Positions 6,516 through 15,494 of a stretch of DNA of 15,666 bases are shown piece after piece. Position 1 is the first letter of the stretch; each line of letters begins with the position of its first letter. A program made the translations under genes and the position numbers. The notes beneath the pieces are model-generated. The model was not told the DNA's origin, made no database searches, and saw only the letters and a program-made list of their open reading frames with translations. The DNA is from Promethearchaeota archaeon (lineage in GTDB: Archaea; Asgardarchaeota; Lokiarchaeia; Sigyniarchaeales; SOKP01). The stretch spans positions 1-15,666 of the forward strand of contig JAFGOA010000207.1 of the NCBI GenBank assembly GCA_016926735.1, read 5' to 3'.

Positions 6516-8702
6516 TTAGACCGTATTTAGTTTTTTAAATATTTGAGAGGCTTTATTAAGATAAGACATTGCTTTAGAAATATTACCCATTAACATATAT
6601 GTTCTTCCAAGGTTTTCCATTTGGATAGCTGCTCCTATTAAATCCTCAATCTGATTATTAATTCTTAAAGCATTCTCAAACATTGAGATTGCACCATTAA
6701 ACTGTCCTATTGCAACATATGCTTTCCCAATATTGTCAATATTTTTTAATTGTTCTGATATAGCTCCAATTTGCTTATTAATCTCTAATGCTTTCTTAAA
6801 ATACTCAATAGCATTGAAATAATCATATTGAATATAGTAATATGATCCGATGTTATTTAGACGAATTGCTTTTCCAGCAGAATTATCTAATTGTTCATCT
6901 ATTTCTAAAGCCATTTTATACATTTTAAGTGCTTCTGATTTTCCTTTTTCAAATTCATAAACAAGTCCTAGATCATTTAATATTTCAGCTTTAAGGGAAA
7001 TATTATCAATTAAATTTGCAATATCAAGTGCTTTTTCAAAAATTAATAATGATTCAGAATATTTTTTTTGATTATAAAGAATTTCTCCTATATTCGATAA
7101 ACATGAAGCATAGCCTTCCAGATTACCTAATAGTTCAAAAATCTGTGATGATATTTTATATTGTTCTAGTGCTTTATCTAAATTATGTTGAAATTTATAT
7201 ATATTACCAATATTATTTATTAAAACAGATTTATTATGTAAATCACTTAATTTTTCAGTAATAATAAGAGCTTGTTTATAATTTTTTAATGCTTTTTTAT
7301 ATTCTCCTTGAAATCGATATATATCTCCAATACTATTTAGAAAGACAGATATACTTCTTGAATTTCCTAAATCAGAAACAATTTTCAATGCTTTTTCCAT
7401 ATAATGTAGAGCTTCTGAATATTTTCCTTTCTTTTTATATATCCAAGCAATATCATTCATACAAGAAGCAATTCCGTCTTTATCAGATAATTCTTCATAT
7501 ATCTCTAATGCTCTTTCATAATAAGCAAGAGCCTCTAAATTTTGACCTAAATTATTTATACTATGTCCTATATTTCTTAAAGCTATGGATTTCCAATATT
7601 TGTTATTCTCATTATTAGAGAATTCTAATATAAAACGAGAACAACGAAGAGAATCATTATATTGTGAAAAATTTTGATATATTAAATTTGCATTTGCATA
7701 TTTTCTAAATTGATCTGGTTTTTGAAATTTTTGTTTTAACCAAATTTTTGGAGTTATCGAAAAAGTATCTTGTTTTTTAATATTTTTATTGGAAGACATA
7801 TTCCTAATCATTAGAGATGTGTTAACATCAATTTTATAGATATTTTGAGCAACTTTTCTATGATATAGGTTGTGCAGAATTTGATCTACTTTCTTTGATG
7901 TAGATGAAGAAGGTTCTTTAGAATCTATTTTATAAATCTTTCCTATTCCATCATTATCTGAAATATAATTTATCCATATAAGATTTTTAATGTTCTTTAG
8001 TACCAATAATGTAGGAATAATGTCAAAATCATCCATTCCAGAATAACCGATAATAACAAGTGATCTTCTTTCTGTGGCATTTATAAATAGATTTTTTTGG
8101 AAAGGGTAGAGTTGAAATAAATTTAATCCTTCTTTATTTTTTCCGAAAGCTTGAATAGTTGCAATTAATGACTTTTTTGTATTCTTCTCGGGATTAATAA
8201 TATTTTTTGGAGAACCATGAATTTTATAAATTGTCTTTTTTCCTTTTTGATATAAATCGTTAGGATCTATATATTTCTTAAAATCGGTTTTTGTAATAAC
8301 AGGGAGAATCTCATCATTGGGAACTCCTAATTGTTGTAAAGCATTTTCTATTAATGAATCAAAATTAGTTGTTAATACAAAATGTCCCTTTTTAATCATA
8401 TCTGCTAAGAATATGTGCTGTAAATTTGAACTTTTACATTCTCCATAGAAATCAATAATCTTTAGATCCTTATCAATAGTTTTCCTCATAATTTCAACTA
8501 ATTGTTCAAAACGAAGATCTTTTAATTTTAAAATGTTCTGTATTTCAGATGGAGCACAAATAAAATTAACAATTTCTTCTATCATTTCTCTACCTGCGGG
8601 AAGACAAGAAGGTGGGTCAACAGAACACCCAGCACCTACTAAAAAAGTTATTTTTTCACTTTCCGCAAACAATTCCTCAATTTTCTTATCAATAATTTCC
8701 AT
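6516..8702 (-). CDS. SIR2-like (SIR2_2) domain + tetratricopeptide repeat protein
   Basis: Sirtuin-fold motifs FLVGAGCS..P..LP, TTNFD, KIHGS and IGYSGMDDFDI. The C-terminal half has about nine ~40-aa TPR-like repeats (LNNIG..Y.....Y..AL..Y.KAL.I). Confidence 0.9.
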   Translation of the reverse strand: MEIIDKKIEELFAESEKITFLVGAGCSVDPPSCLPAGREMIEEIVNFICAPSEIQNILKLKDLRFEQLVEIMRKTIDKDLKIIDFYGECKSSNLQHIFLADMIKKGHFVLTTNFDSLIENALQQLGVPNDEILPVITKTDFKKYIDPNDLYQKGKKTIYKIHGSPKNIINPEKNTKKSLIATIQAFGKNKEGLNLFQLYPFQKNLFINATERRSLVIIGYSGMDDFDIIPTLLVLKNIKNLIWINYISDNDGIGKIYKIDSKEPSSSTSKKVDQILHNLYHRKVAQNIYKIDVNTSLMIRNMSSNKNIKKQDTFSITPKIWLKQKFQKPDQFRKYANANLIYQNFSQYNDSLRCSRFILEFSNNENNKYWKSIALRNIGHSINNLGQNLEALAYYERALEIYEELSDKDGIASCMNDIAWIYKKKGKYSEALHYMEKALKIVSDLGNSRSISVFLNSIGDIYRFQGEYKKALKNYKQALIITEKLSDLHNKSVLINNIGNIYKFQHNLDKALEQYKISSQIFELLGNLEGYASCLSNIGEILYNQKKYSESLLIFEKALDIANLIDNISLKAEILNDLGLVYEFEKGKSEALKMYKMALEIDEQLDNSAGKAIRLNNIGSYYYIQYDYFNAIEYFKKALEINKQIGAISEQLKNIDNIGKAYVAIGQFNGAISMFENALRINNQIEDLIGAAIQMENLGRTYMLMGNISKAMSYLNKASQIFKKLNTV

Positions 8703-8805
8703 TAGAATTCTTGAAACCTAAATGAAAAATGCTATTTTAAGGTAGAGATTTTCTTTATAATCTTTATTTTTTTTTATTTAAATACAAAGAACATTTTTAT
8801 TATGT

Positions 8806-9180
8806 ATGAAAGTTTTAAAAGTTAAACTAAATGATAGATCTTTGAAATGTGGTATTTGTCATTCTCGAATTGCAAATTCTTCTAAAATTTATAATTCCGA
8901 GCTTTTATTTATTCCTTTCTGCTATAATTGTGAAAAAAAATTTGATAAAGAAGAGAAAAAGGTAATATTAACCTTATTGGAATCATATGGTGGATATTTT
9001 GGAATATTTTCAAGAGAGGACTATTCTTTAGAAAAAGATCTTAATTTCATCATAAAAAAAAACCCTAAAATTAATTCTAAAGAGGATCTAGATGGAATTA
9101 ATAGTAAATTACTTCATAATGCTTTACTGCATGGAATTACAATTCATGAATATATATCAAAATTAGAACTACTGATATAA
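8806..9180 (+). CDS. Hypothetical zinc-finger protein (CxxC...CxxC)
   Basis: CGIC and CYNC pairs, then YGGYFG. TATA-like TTTAAATA at 8777-8784 is at a leaderless-type distance. Confidence 0.7.
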   Translation: MKVLKVKLNDRSLKCGICHSRIANSSKIYNSELLFIPFCYNCEKKFDKEEKKVILTLLESYGGYFGIFSREDYSLEKDLNFIIKKNPKINSKEDLDGINSKLLHNALLHGITIHEYISKLELLI

Positions 9181-9288
9181 TGATCTTATTTTCTTTAATT
9201 TAAAAATTCTTAAATAAAGTTTTTAAGAATAGATATTATTTCTAATTTAATTTAAAATGTTATTATTATTTAAGAATAGGAGAAAATA

Positions 9289-10311
9289 ATGAAACCAGAA
9301 TTAATCACAATCGGGAGCTGCACTCTAGATTGCATCATTCAAATTGATGATATTCTAAGATTTGAATTACTTGATAAACATACAATTAAAAAATATACTG
9401 CTGTTGAATATAGTCGCAAAATGAATGTAGATAACGTCAGATTCGTACCTGGAGGATCTGCTGCTAATATAGCATCAAATTGCGCAATGTTAGGATTAAC
9501 AACCGCTTATTTAGGTGTTTTAGGAAAAGATTTTTCAGCACAAATATGTATGGATGATATGAAAAAGAGAGGAGTTGATCTTTCTGATATTCTTCAGACT
9601 GATAAGGATAGTACAGCTTTTTCAGTGATATTAAAGACAGAATGGGGTAAGGATAGAAGTATTTTAGCTTATAAGGGTGCAAATAATTTACTAAAACCTG
9701 AAAATATAAAAGAAGAGTTATTTGATAATATAAAAGCATTAGTTTGGACATCATTAACAAATGAAGAAGCTTGCAAAGCAATAGATAAAGCGATTGATAT
9801 TACAAAAAAGAAAGGAGGAAAAGTCTTTGCAGCCCCAAGTATGTCAATCCTTTCTCATAATAGGAAATGGGCTAAAATTCTGATTTCAAAATCAGATGTA
9901 TTATCATTAAATAAAGAGGAAGCGAAAGAAATTACAAAAAAAGAAGAATCTCTTGATATGTTGAAAAAACTTCATAATTGGGGTATTAAATTAGTATCAT
10001 TAACAGATGGTCAAAATGGGTCAATTTTATTTGATGGAGAAAATATATTAAATAGTTCTATTTTTGAAGGCCCTGTAGAAGACACAACAGGAGCAGGTGA
10101 TGCCTTTATGAGTGGGATTCTTATTTCTACTCTCAATAATTTCTCTTTAAAGAAAACTGCGAGGATTGCTGCTGCTATGTCCCACTTGGAATGTAAAACA
10201 ATGGGTGTACGAGTAGGATTGCCAACTAATCTTCAGGAGTTAGAAAAATTCATTGAAGCAAATAATATCAAACAAACAGAGACTAAATTAGTTAAAACAA
10301 CTGATGATTAA
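9289..10311 (+). CDS. PfkB/ribokinase-family carbohydrate or nucleoside kinase
   Basis: PfkB signatures PGGSAANIA...LG and DTTGAGDAF, plus N..EA. SD AGGAG upstream. Substrate not determinable. Confidence 0.93.
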   Translation: MKPELITIGSCTLDCIIQIDDILRFELLDKHTIKKYTAVEYSRKMNVDNVRFVPGGSAANIASNCAMLGLTTAYLGVLGKDFSAQICMDDMKKRGVDLSDILQTDKDSTAFSVILKTEWGKDRSILAYKGANNLLKPENIKEELFDNIKALVWTSLTNEEACKAIDKAIDITKKKGGKVFAAPSMSILSHNRKWAKILISKSDVLSLNKEEAKEITKKEESLDMLKKLHNWGIKLVSLTDGQNGSILFDGENILNSSIFEGPVEDTTGAGDAFMSGILISTLNNFSLKKTARIAAAMSHLECKTMGVRVGLPTNLQELEKFIEANNIKQTETKLVKTTDD

Positions 10312-10456
10312 AATCAATAAAGAATATCCTGTTTTTTTTATTACATTTTTTTAAAATTTTAATTTTAAGATTATACTTATACAAATCTTTATTAATAGCA
10401 ATTCTTATAATCTGTTTGAAATAATTTTAGATTCTAGTATTTAAACGGAGATTAAA

Positions 10457-11584
10457 ATGAAGCGTATAATCTTTTTTATTAAAAAATATTTTGTACCCGT
10501 TTTATTATTTTCAATTTATGAAATCTTTTGGATTACTGCAGGATTAATCGTAATTTTCTTTTTTCCACATGAATTTCAATATGAAATAAGTCCATGGATC
10601 CCAGGAAAAACGTTGATAGTTGAATTAATGGTAGTTTTTGTTATATATATACCTGCTATGGGATTTGTAGGATATCTTCTGGGAGGGTTTATTTTAGCTC
10701 CAATTTTCCTTTATATACATAAGAAAATAATAGGAAAAAAATTGCTATATGGAATTCAAGAAAAACCTACTCCAACAAAAGTTAAATTCTTTGGAAAGGG
10801 TTTTTTTCCAATTATGTTTGCATTAATGCTAGCAACGAGTTTTTATACGAAATTTTTAACAGATGATATAATTAATATAATATATTCTCCCGAATTTAGA
10901 GCTTTTCTTATGAGCACTAACACAGAAGAAGTGCAACTAAGCAATATAGTTAGCTTAGTAGTTACTCTCCCTTGGACATTTGCCATTTCAATGTTTCTTT
11001 TTGCTTCAATATGGTTTTTAAAGAATTCTGGAATTATCTATTCAAATGAGATGAAAGTCAAATCTATTTCAGAGCCATTTATCGTAAGATCTGTTGGAGG
11101 GTGGTTCCATACAGTTATAAAAGGATATGCAGGTATTGGAGTTATTGCAACCTATTTCACGATAATTCTTAATTTGATTTCAACTTATTTAGAGGATAAT
11201 CAATTCCAATACGTTATAATCGCATTAGTCGTATGGATATTATTATTAATTATGATTTTATTAGCTACAATTCCAGGATTAATTTTTAATGAGATGATAA
11301 GGCATAAAAGTGGGAATTATGTAAGAAAACATGGTGCAAAATTAGGTATAGTAGAATTTGCTGAAATTAAATTAACATTCAAGAAAATGAAAGTATCTGA
11401 AGAAGAAGTATTACCAGAAATGGAAAGAATTATAGAACCAGAATATGAAGTTACAAAAGTTCTTGAAAGTAGTATTGATAAATTTACCACTCAAGATTTT
11501 GAATCAGAAACTCCAGAGCATATCCATGAGATTTCTTTTAAAGAGAATGAAGAAAATAAAGAAAAAAAGCAGGGGGATATTTAA
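10457..11584 (+). CDS. Polytopic membrane protein (~6 TM) with acidic C-terminal tail, unknown function
   Basis: Several long hydrophobic segments, an E-rich C-terminal ~60 aa and SD GGAG upstream. Confidence 0.8.
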   Translation: MKRIIFFIKKYFVPVLLFSIYEIFWITAGLIVIFFFPHEFQYEISPWIPGKTLIVELMVVFVIYIPAMGFVGYLLGGFILAPIFLYIHKKIIGKKLLYGIQEKPTPTKVKFFGKGFFPIMFALMLATSFYTKFLTDDIINIIYSPEFRAFLMSTNTEEVQLSNIVSLVVTLPWTFAISMFLFASIWFLKNSGIIYSNEMKVKSISEPFIVRSVGGWFHTVIKGYAGIGVIATYFTIILNLISTYLEDNQFQYVIIALVVWILLLIMILLATIPGLIFNEMIRHKSGNYVRKHGAKLGIVEFAEIKLTFKKMKVSEEEVLPEMERIIEPEYEVTKVLESSIDKFTTQDFESETPEHIHEISFKENEENKEKKQGDI

Positions 11585-11730
11585 TTTTAAATTTCTAGAG
11601 GAACTATTGTTTTTTTATTTATTTATTTTTTTATTTTGATATTTTATAAAAACCCAAATAACAAAGAAAGTACGGCTTTTCCAATTAGGTTAAATTTTAA
11701 TATCTTTTTAAATTTATTAACTTAATTTTA

Positions 11731-12735
11731 TTATTCTGCGCTTGTAGTATAGAAGTAATAATTAATGGCTTTACATATTAAATCTTCTTGGAATTTTCTT
11801 TTCAATAAATGTTTCTGAATTTGAATCTTAGTTAATCCTCTTTTCTTTAAGGTTCTAATTATCATTTTCATCCTATAGAGCTTCACTTGATCTGTAAAAA
11901 AATCTGGATCTCTTTGGAATGTCTTGATATTTCTCTCGATAAGGTCACAATAGTGTTTTTGATAATCATTTCCAACAGCGATCCTTCCAAGTCGTAATGC
12001 CTCAAGCAACGTTGTGCCAAACCCAGCAAAGCAATCAAAAACAACATCTCCTTTATTTGAAAAATATTTAACTAAATGATGAGGAATTTCAAGTGGAAAT
12101 CGTGCTGGGTGTACATCCTGCAAATCTGGGGGAATTGGCTCGATTTTCCAAATTGAACGTGAAAAATTGGTAATAAATGACTGTTTATGAAATAAGGGAT
12201 CTTTGATGTAATCTGATTGCTTTATATCACTTGATTTTTTAAATATAAAAATATATTCGTGCGACCAGTTCGGCTTGTAATAAAAACTAAAGGGTTGGTA
12301 AAGATATCTTTGAGAATGGAGCTTTCTATCGTCCAGTTCGATTGTCTTATCCCAAATAATCGTGTCTTCCCAGATAAAAAACTCTGAAAGGATGTTAAAA
12401 AAGTGAAATGAGAGGGGAAAATGGATTTTATTTGAACAGATATCAGATATAACAATAATTATATATCCTGACTGCTTGAGGAGTCGTTTCAGGCGAATAA
12501 AAATATCTCGCATTTCCTTAAGATAATTCTGGTAATGTATAAGCGTCTTTTCTTGTGTGCTGAGATTTTGGGATAGTTTCGCATTCTGGATAAGGGGAGG
12601 TAAATTTGCGTGTTTTTCATAATCTCTTGCGTTGAAATAAGGAGGCGAAGTAAGAATTAATTGAACTGAGTTTGACTGAAGCTCTTTTAAGCAATCCTGC
12701 TCTCTTAGATCTTTATTTAATATTAGATACTTCAT
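11731..12735 (-). CDS. Orphan beta-class N4-cytosine/N6-adenine DNA methyltransferase
   Basis: Catalytic motif IV TSPPY precedes HPARFP and the SAM-binding motif I DCFAGFGTT (beta order). Also IIWDK and HEYIFIFKK. SD GGAGGT at 12750-12755. Confidence 0.92.
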   Translation of the reverse strand: MKYLILNKDLREQDCLKELQSNSVQLILTSPPYFNARDYEKHANLPPLIQNAKLSQNLSTQEKTLIHYQNYLKEMRDIFIRLKRLLKQSGYIIIVISDICSNKIHFPLSFHFFNILSEFFIWEDTIIWDKTIELDDRKLHSQRYLYQPFSFYYKPNWSHEYIFIFKKSSDIKQSDYIKDPLFHKQSFITNFSRSIWKIEPIPPDLQDVHPARFPLEIPHHLVKYFSNKGDVVFDCFAGFGTTLLEALRLGRIAVGNDYQKHYCDLIERNIKTFQRDPDFFTDQVKLYRMKMIIRTLKKRGLTKIQIQKHLLKRKFQEDLICKAINYYFYTTSAE

Positions 12736-12798
12736 TTTCTTTTTTTTATACCTCCTATTTTTTAAAATTACACTAAAAAGAATTGAATATTTTTAATC

Positions 12799-13320
12799 TT
12801 AGATTTCTTTTTGACAGTTCCTTAGGTCTGTATCGTTCTTTATATCTTTTTCAATATCATTAGGAAGTATAGTGATCTTATTTCTGCTAATTTTGTACTG
12901 ATCATGATATTTTACACTGTACCCATCTCCTGTATCCTGAATACCGTGGGTAAACATAACAGAAATAACTTCATTATCATAGTCAATAAGTTCATAATTA
13001 CAATATGCCCCATTTAATCGCTTATACCCCATATTCGCATATATTTCCTTCCTTAATATCTCAAGCATTTCAATACATTCGAAATACTGCTCTTCTGAGA
13101 GTTCTTGTTTTAATGTCTCAATTACATTCTCTTTAATTTTATCATCCTGCTCATATTCAATATAGTCAGAAAAATCGTTTACTTTAATAATATCGGTTAT
13201 AAGATCATAAAAACGATCAAACAACATCGACTTAAGAGTGCTGGGATCATAGCAAGAATCGTCGAAGGTCTCGCTGTCCCACTCTGTTGAGTCGATCTCA
13301 ACTTTAAAGATTAATTTCAT
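12799..13320 (-). CDS. Acidic hypothetical protein (MGE-like)
   Basis: 173-aa D/E-rich ORF with strong SD GGAGG at 13331-13335, co-oriented in the operon. Confidence 0.7.
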   Translation of the reverse strand: MKLIFKVEIDSTEWDSETFDDSCYDPSTLKSMLFDRFYDLITDIIKVNDFSDYIEYEQDDKIKENVIETLKQELSEEQYFECIEMLEILRKEIYANMGYKRLNGAYCNYELIDYDNEVISVMFTHGIQDTGDGYSVKYHDQYKISRNKITILPNDIEKDIKNDTDLRNCQKEI

Positions 13321-13396
13321 TTTTTTTATCCCTCCTTTTTTTTTATTTTGGATTTTTATTGATTTTAATGTGATTTTTGATAATTTGAAAAAAAAA

Positions 13397-13804
13397 TTAA
13401 TTGGAAATAGAATATTTTTGACTGAGAAGGTGCGATAACCATTGGTTTAAGAACTGGTTGAGCTGTTTTTTGAGGGTTGGATTGAAGTTGTTGCTCTCGT
13501 CATACACTCTCTGAAATACGCCTAAATTATCCTGCTGGAAGGTGAGGGCTTCTGCCATGTTGTATTTTTTAATGATCCTCACTTCCATATCGGGATCGCA
13601 CATAATATCCCCATTATGTTTATAATTGTGAGCAATTGAGATGATAAAAGAATCATCGTCTCCATTGTTATATCGTAAAAAATCAACGTGGAGATCCATA
13701 AATCCAGCACTCTTATAGTTGAGATATCCTTGGGCGATAAGCCAATTAAAATCGATAAATTTAGTTAATTTTGTAAAAATCCTTTCATAAATTGTCTTGT
13801 TCAT
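13397..13804 (-). CDS. DUF1249/DUF6908-like protein
   Basis: Motifs GFMDLHVD, SIAHNY..NGD.MCDPDM, AEALTFQQD and LNQFLNQWL, recognised from memory of this MGE-associated family. SD AGGTGA at 13812-13817. Confidence 0.7.
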   Translation of the reverse strand: MNKTIYERIFTKLTKFIDFNWLIAQGYLNYKSAGFMDLHVDFLRYNNGDDDSFIISIAHNYKHNGDIMCDPDMEVRIIKKYNMAEALTFQQDNLGVFQRVYDESNNFNPTLKKQLNQFLNQWLSHLLSQKYSISN

Positions 13805-13822
13805 ATCTTTTTCACCTTCCTA

Positions 13823-14005
13823 TTAGATTAGACCTAATGTTTTCAGGGGATTTTTTTTAGAACATTCTGGGCATCTCTCATAATCAGGCTCTAAATCCCC
13901 ATATTCGCAATAAGGACATAAAATAATTTCATCCATAATAGCCCTCTCCATCATTGCTTCTATTTCCTCTCGGGTAAGTCTTTTCTTTTTTATTATATTA
14001 CTCAT
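13823..14005 (-). CDS. Small zinc-ribbon protein
   Basis: CPYC-x10-CPEC with LEPD and NPL..LGLI. First gene of the minus-strand operon. Confidence 0.75.
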   Translation of the reverse strand: MSNIIKKKRLTREEIEAMMERAIMDEIILCPYCEYGDLEPDYERCPECSKKNPLKTLGLI

Positions 14006-14067
14006 TTTTTCTTATCTCTTTTTTTAAGTTAATTATATTTGAATTTATTACTATATAATTACAAATG

Positions 14068-14081
14068 GAGTATTTAAACTC
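14068..14081 (-). promoter_or_regulatory. TATA box (TTTAAATA) within an imperfect palindrome, upstream of the MGE-like operon
   Basis: The + strand reads GAGTATTTAAACTC. On the minus strand this gives TTTAAATA at 14071-14078, ~65 nt before ATG 14005. Confidence 0.45.
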
Positions 14082-14493
14082 AAAGAAAAATAATCAAATC
14101 CTCTTAATATCCCTTAAAATAATCTTAAACATATAAATAGAATATATGTGCAGACATTGACTAGGTGCTTTGAATCTATCTTCTGTAAAGATTGATTGTA
14201 TTGCTATTTCAATAGTTATACTTATGGAATTCTAATAGGAAAAAGAAGAGTAGAATGCGTTAAAAGGCTGTAATTAGCGAGAATAACTGAGGAATTACTA
14301 CAATAAATATGAAATTCCAATCTTCCTATGATCACTCCTTTTTTAATCAGATCAAATAATAATGATATTTAATAGCAATTAAAAAGTGCTAGTTTAGCAA
14401 TTCTCATAATAATTATCAATATATCTATAGTATTTTTTTCTTTAAATTGAGAGGAGTCTTTTTAAATATAAACTAATTATCAATAGTTAGACC

Positions 14494-15273
14494 ATGAGCA
14501 AAATTCTTTCGAAAATAACATGGATTTTAGGTATAATTGGAATTTTGTTATTCTCAATCTTATCTGTAAAATTATTGAGTATTAACAGTTTAAACGGAAT
14601 CTATTTCTTATTGTATCTTGGTCTTACAATTGCCTCATGCTATTTGATAAATTTTATTTTAAAACAATATCGATCGGATGAGAATTATGCTTTTGATATT
14701 ACGATAAAATTATTTATAGTGTTAATTTTCTTCCTTTCATATCTTATCACTTTTGTCCATGAAAGTGGGCATGCTTTCTTATTAATGATTTTTAATATTC
14801 CTTTTTCTGAATTTAATGTTCGAGTGTTAAGTGGAGAAGTTGTTTTCTCCCAAACACTTAATCCACAAGAAGCGTTATTCATCATTTCTGCAGGAACGCT
14901 TTCCTTATTAAGTGCGTCTTTTATTATAATAATTTTACTGGCTTTAAATAGAAAAATTAAAGCAGAAATATTTTATGCTTTCTTTTTTGTTATGGGGGTT
15001 ATAATTTTGAATGATTTTGATTATTGGATAAGGGGTACTATTAACCAATTTGGAGACCCATGGATGCTTCTTGAATTCAATCCTTCAATTACTCCTGAAC
15101 TACTTATTTATTTTACTAATTCACTTCGATTAATATCTATAATCTTTTTTTATTTTCTTTTCCAAATAAAGCACACTCAATATTCGCAAAGAAAAAATAG
15201 GTTCATTTCTATACAATTAATTACGCTGTATCATTGGAAAGTACTGATTAAAATCTCCCAAGAATCTAAATGA
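14494..15273 (+). CDS. M50/M50B-like (site-2 protease type) membrane metallopeptidase
   Basis: Membrane-embedded HExxH (TFVHESGHA), then ISAG and a GD motif, with multiple TM segments. TATA-like TTTAAATA at 14461-14468. Confidence 0.7.
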   Translation: MSKILSKITWILGIIGILLFSILSVKLLSINSLNGIYFLLYLGLTIASCYLINFILKQYRSDENYAFDITIKLFIVLIFFLSYLITFVHESGHAFLLMIFNIPFSEFNVRVLSGEVVFSQTLNPQEALFIISAGTLSLLSASFIIIILLALNRKIKAEIFYAFFFVMGVIILNDFDYWIRGTINQFGDPWMLLEFNPSITPELLIYFTNSLRLISIIFFYFLFQIKHTQYSQRKNRFISIQLITLYHWKVLIKISQESK

Positions 15274-15332
15274 TATCTAAATAACGCTCTAAATCCTCTT
15301 AAAATACAAAAGTGCTATTTTCCGAAGGAAAT

Positions 15333-15494
15333 TTATTTATTTTTCTTTAGTTTTTCTCCTCTTAGTTGGTATTCGGGGCAAATTTTATAGCAAGGAAAAT
15401 TACAAATCACTTCTGACTTGGGGAGAATACAGCTATTGGAAAAGGGGCAAATTAAAATATGCTTATTTAGATATGTATTTTTTTCAATACTCAT
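15333..15494 (-). CDS. Small Cys-rich protein (53 aa), absent from the ORF track
   Basis: Hand translation: MSIEKNTYLNKHILICPFSNSCILPKSEVICNFPCYKICPEYQLRGEKLKKNK*. It has five Cys, and TTTAAATA on the minus strand at 15516-15523. Confidence 0.6.
   Translation of the reverse strand: MSIEKNTYLNKHILICPFSNSCILPKSEVICNFPCYKICPEYQLRGEKLKKNK

Larger units (their letters stand above)
11731..14081 (-). mobile_element. Remnant of a virus/plasmid/ICE-like gene block
   Basis: Four co-oriented genes of MGE-type content with strong SDs and A-run spacers. GC looks higher than the flanks by eye. No integrase or boundary repeats were found. Confidence 0.45.

Noticed and set aside
7016-7618. Two + strand ORFs (81 and 109 aa)
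   Set aside because: Antisense to the TPR repeats, with Y/L/I-rich shadow composition.
8533-8721. 62-aa ORF
   Set aside because: Antisense to the SIR2 N-terminus.
9464-9781. 105-aa ORF
   Set aside because: Antisense to the PfkB kinase.
11445-11639. 64-aa ORF
   Set aside because: Overlaps the membrane protein tail out of frame and runs into T-tracts.
12222-12455. 77-aa ORF
   Set aside because: Alternative frame inside the MTase.
11731-13320. Type II restriction-modification pair (MTase plus the 173-aa ORF as REase)
   Set aside because: No PD-(D/E)xK, HNH or GIY-YIG motif is recognisable in the neighbour.
14685-14885. 66-aa ORF
   Set aside because: Antisense to the M50-like peptidase.
14096-15302. 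12-bp direct repeat AAATCCTCTTAA (14096-14107, 15291-15302) flanking the M50 gene
   Set aside because: Matches this short are expected by chance in such AT-rich sequence.
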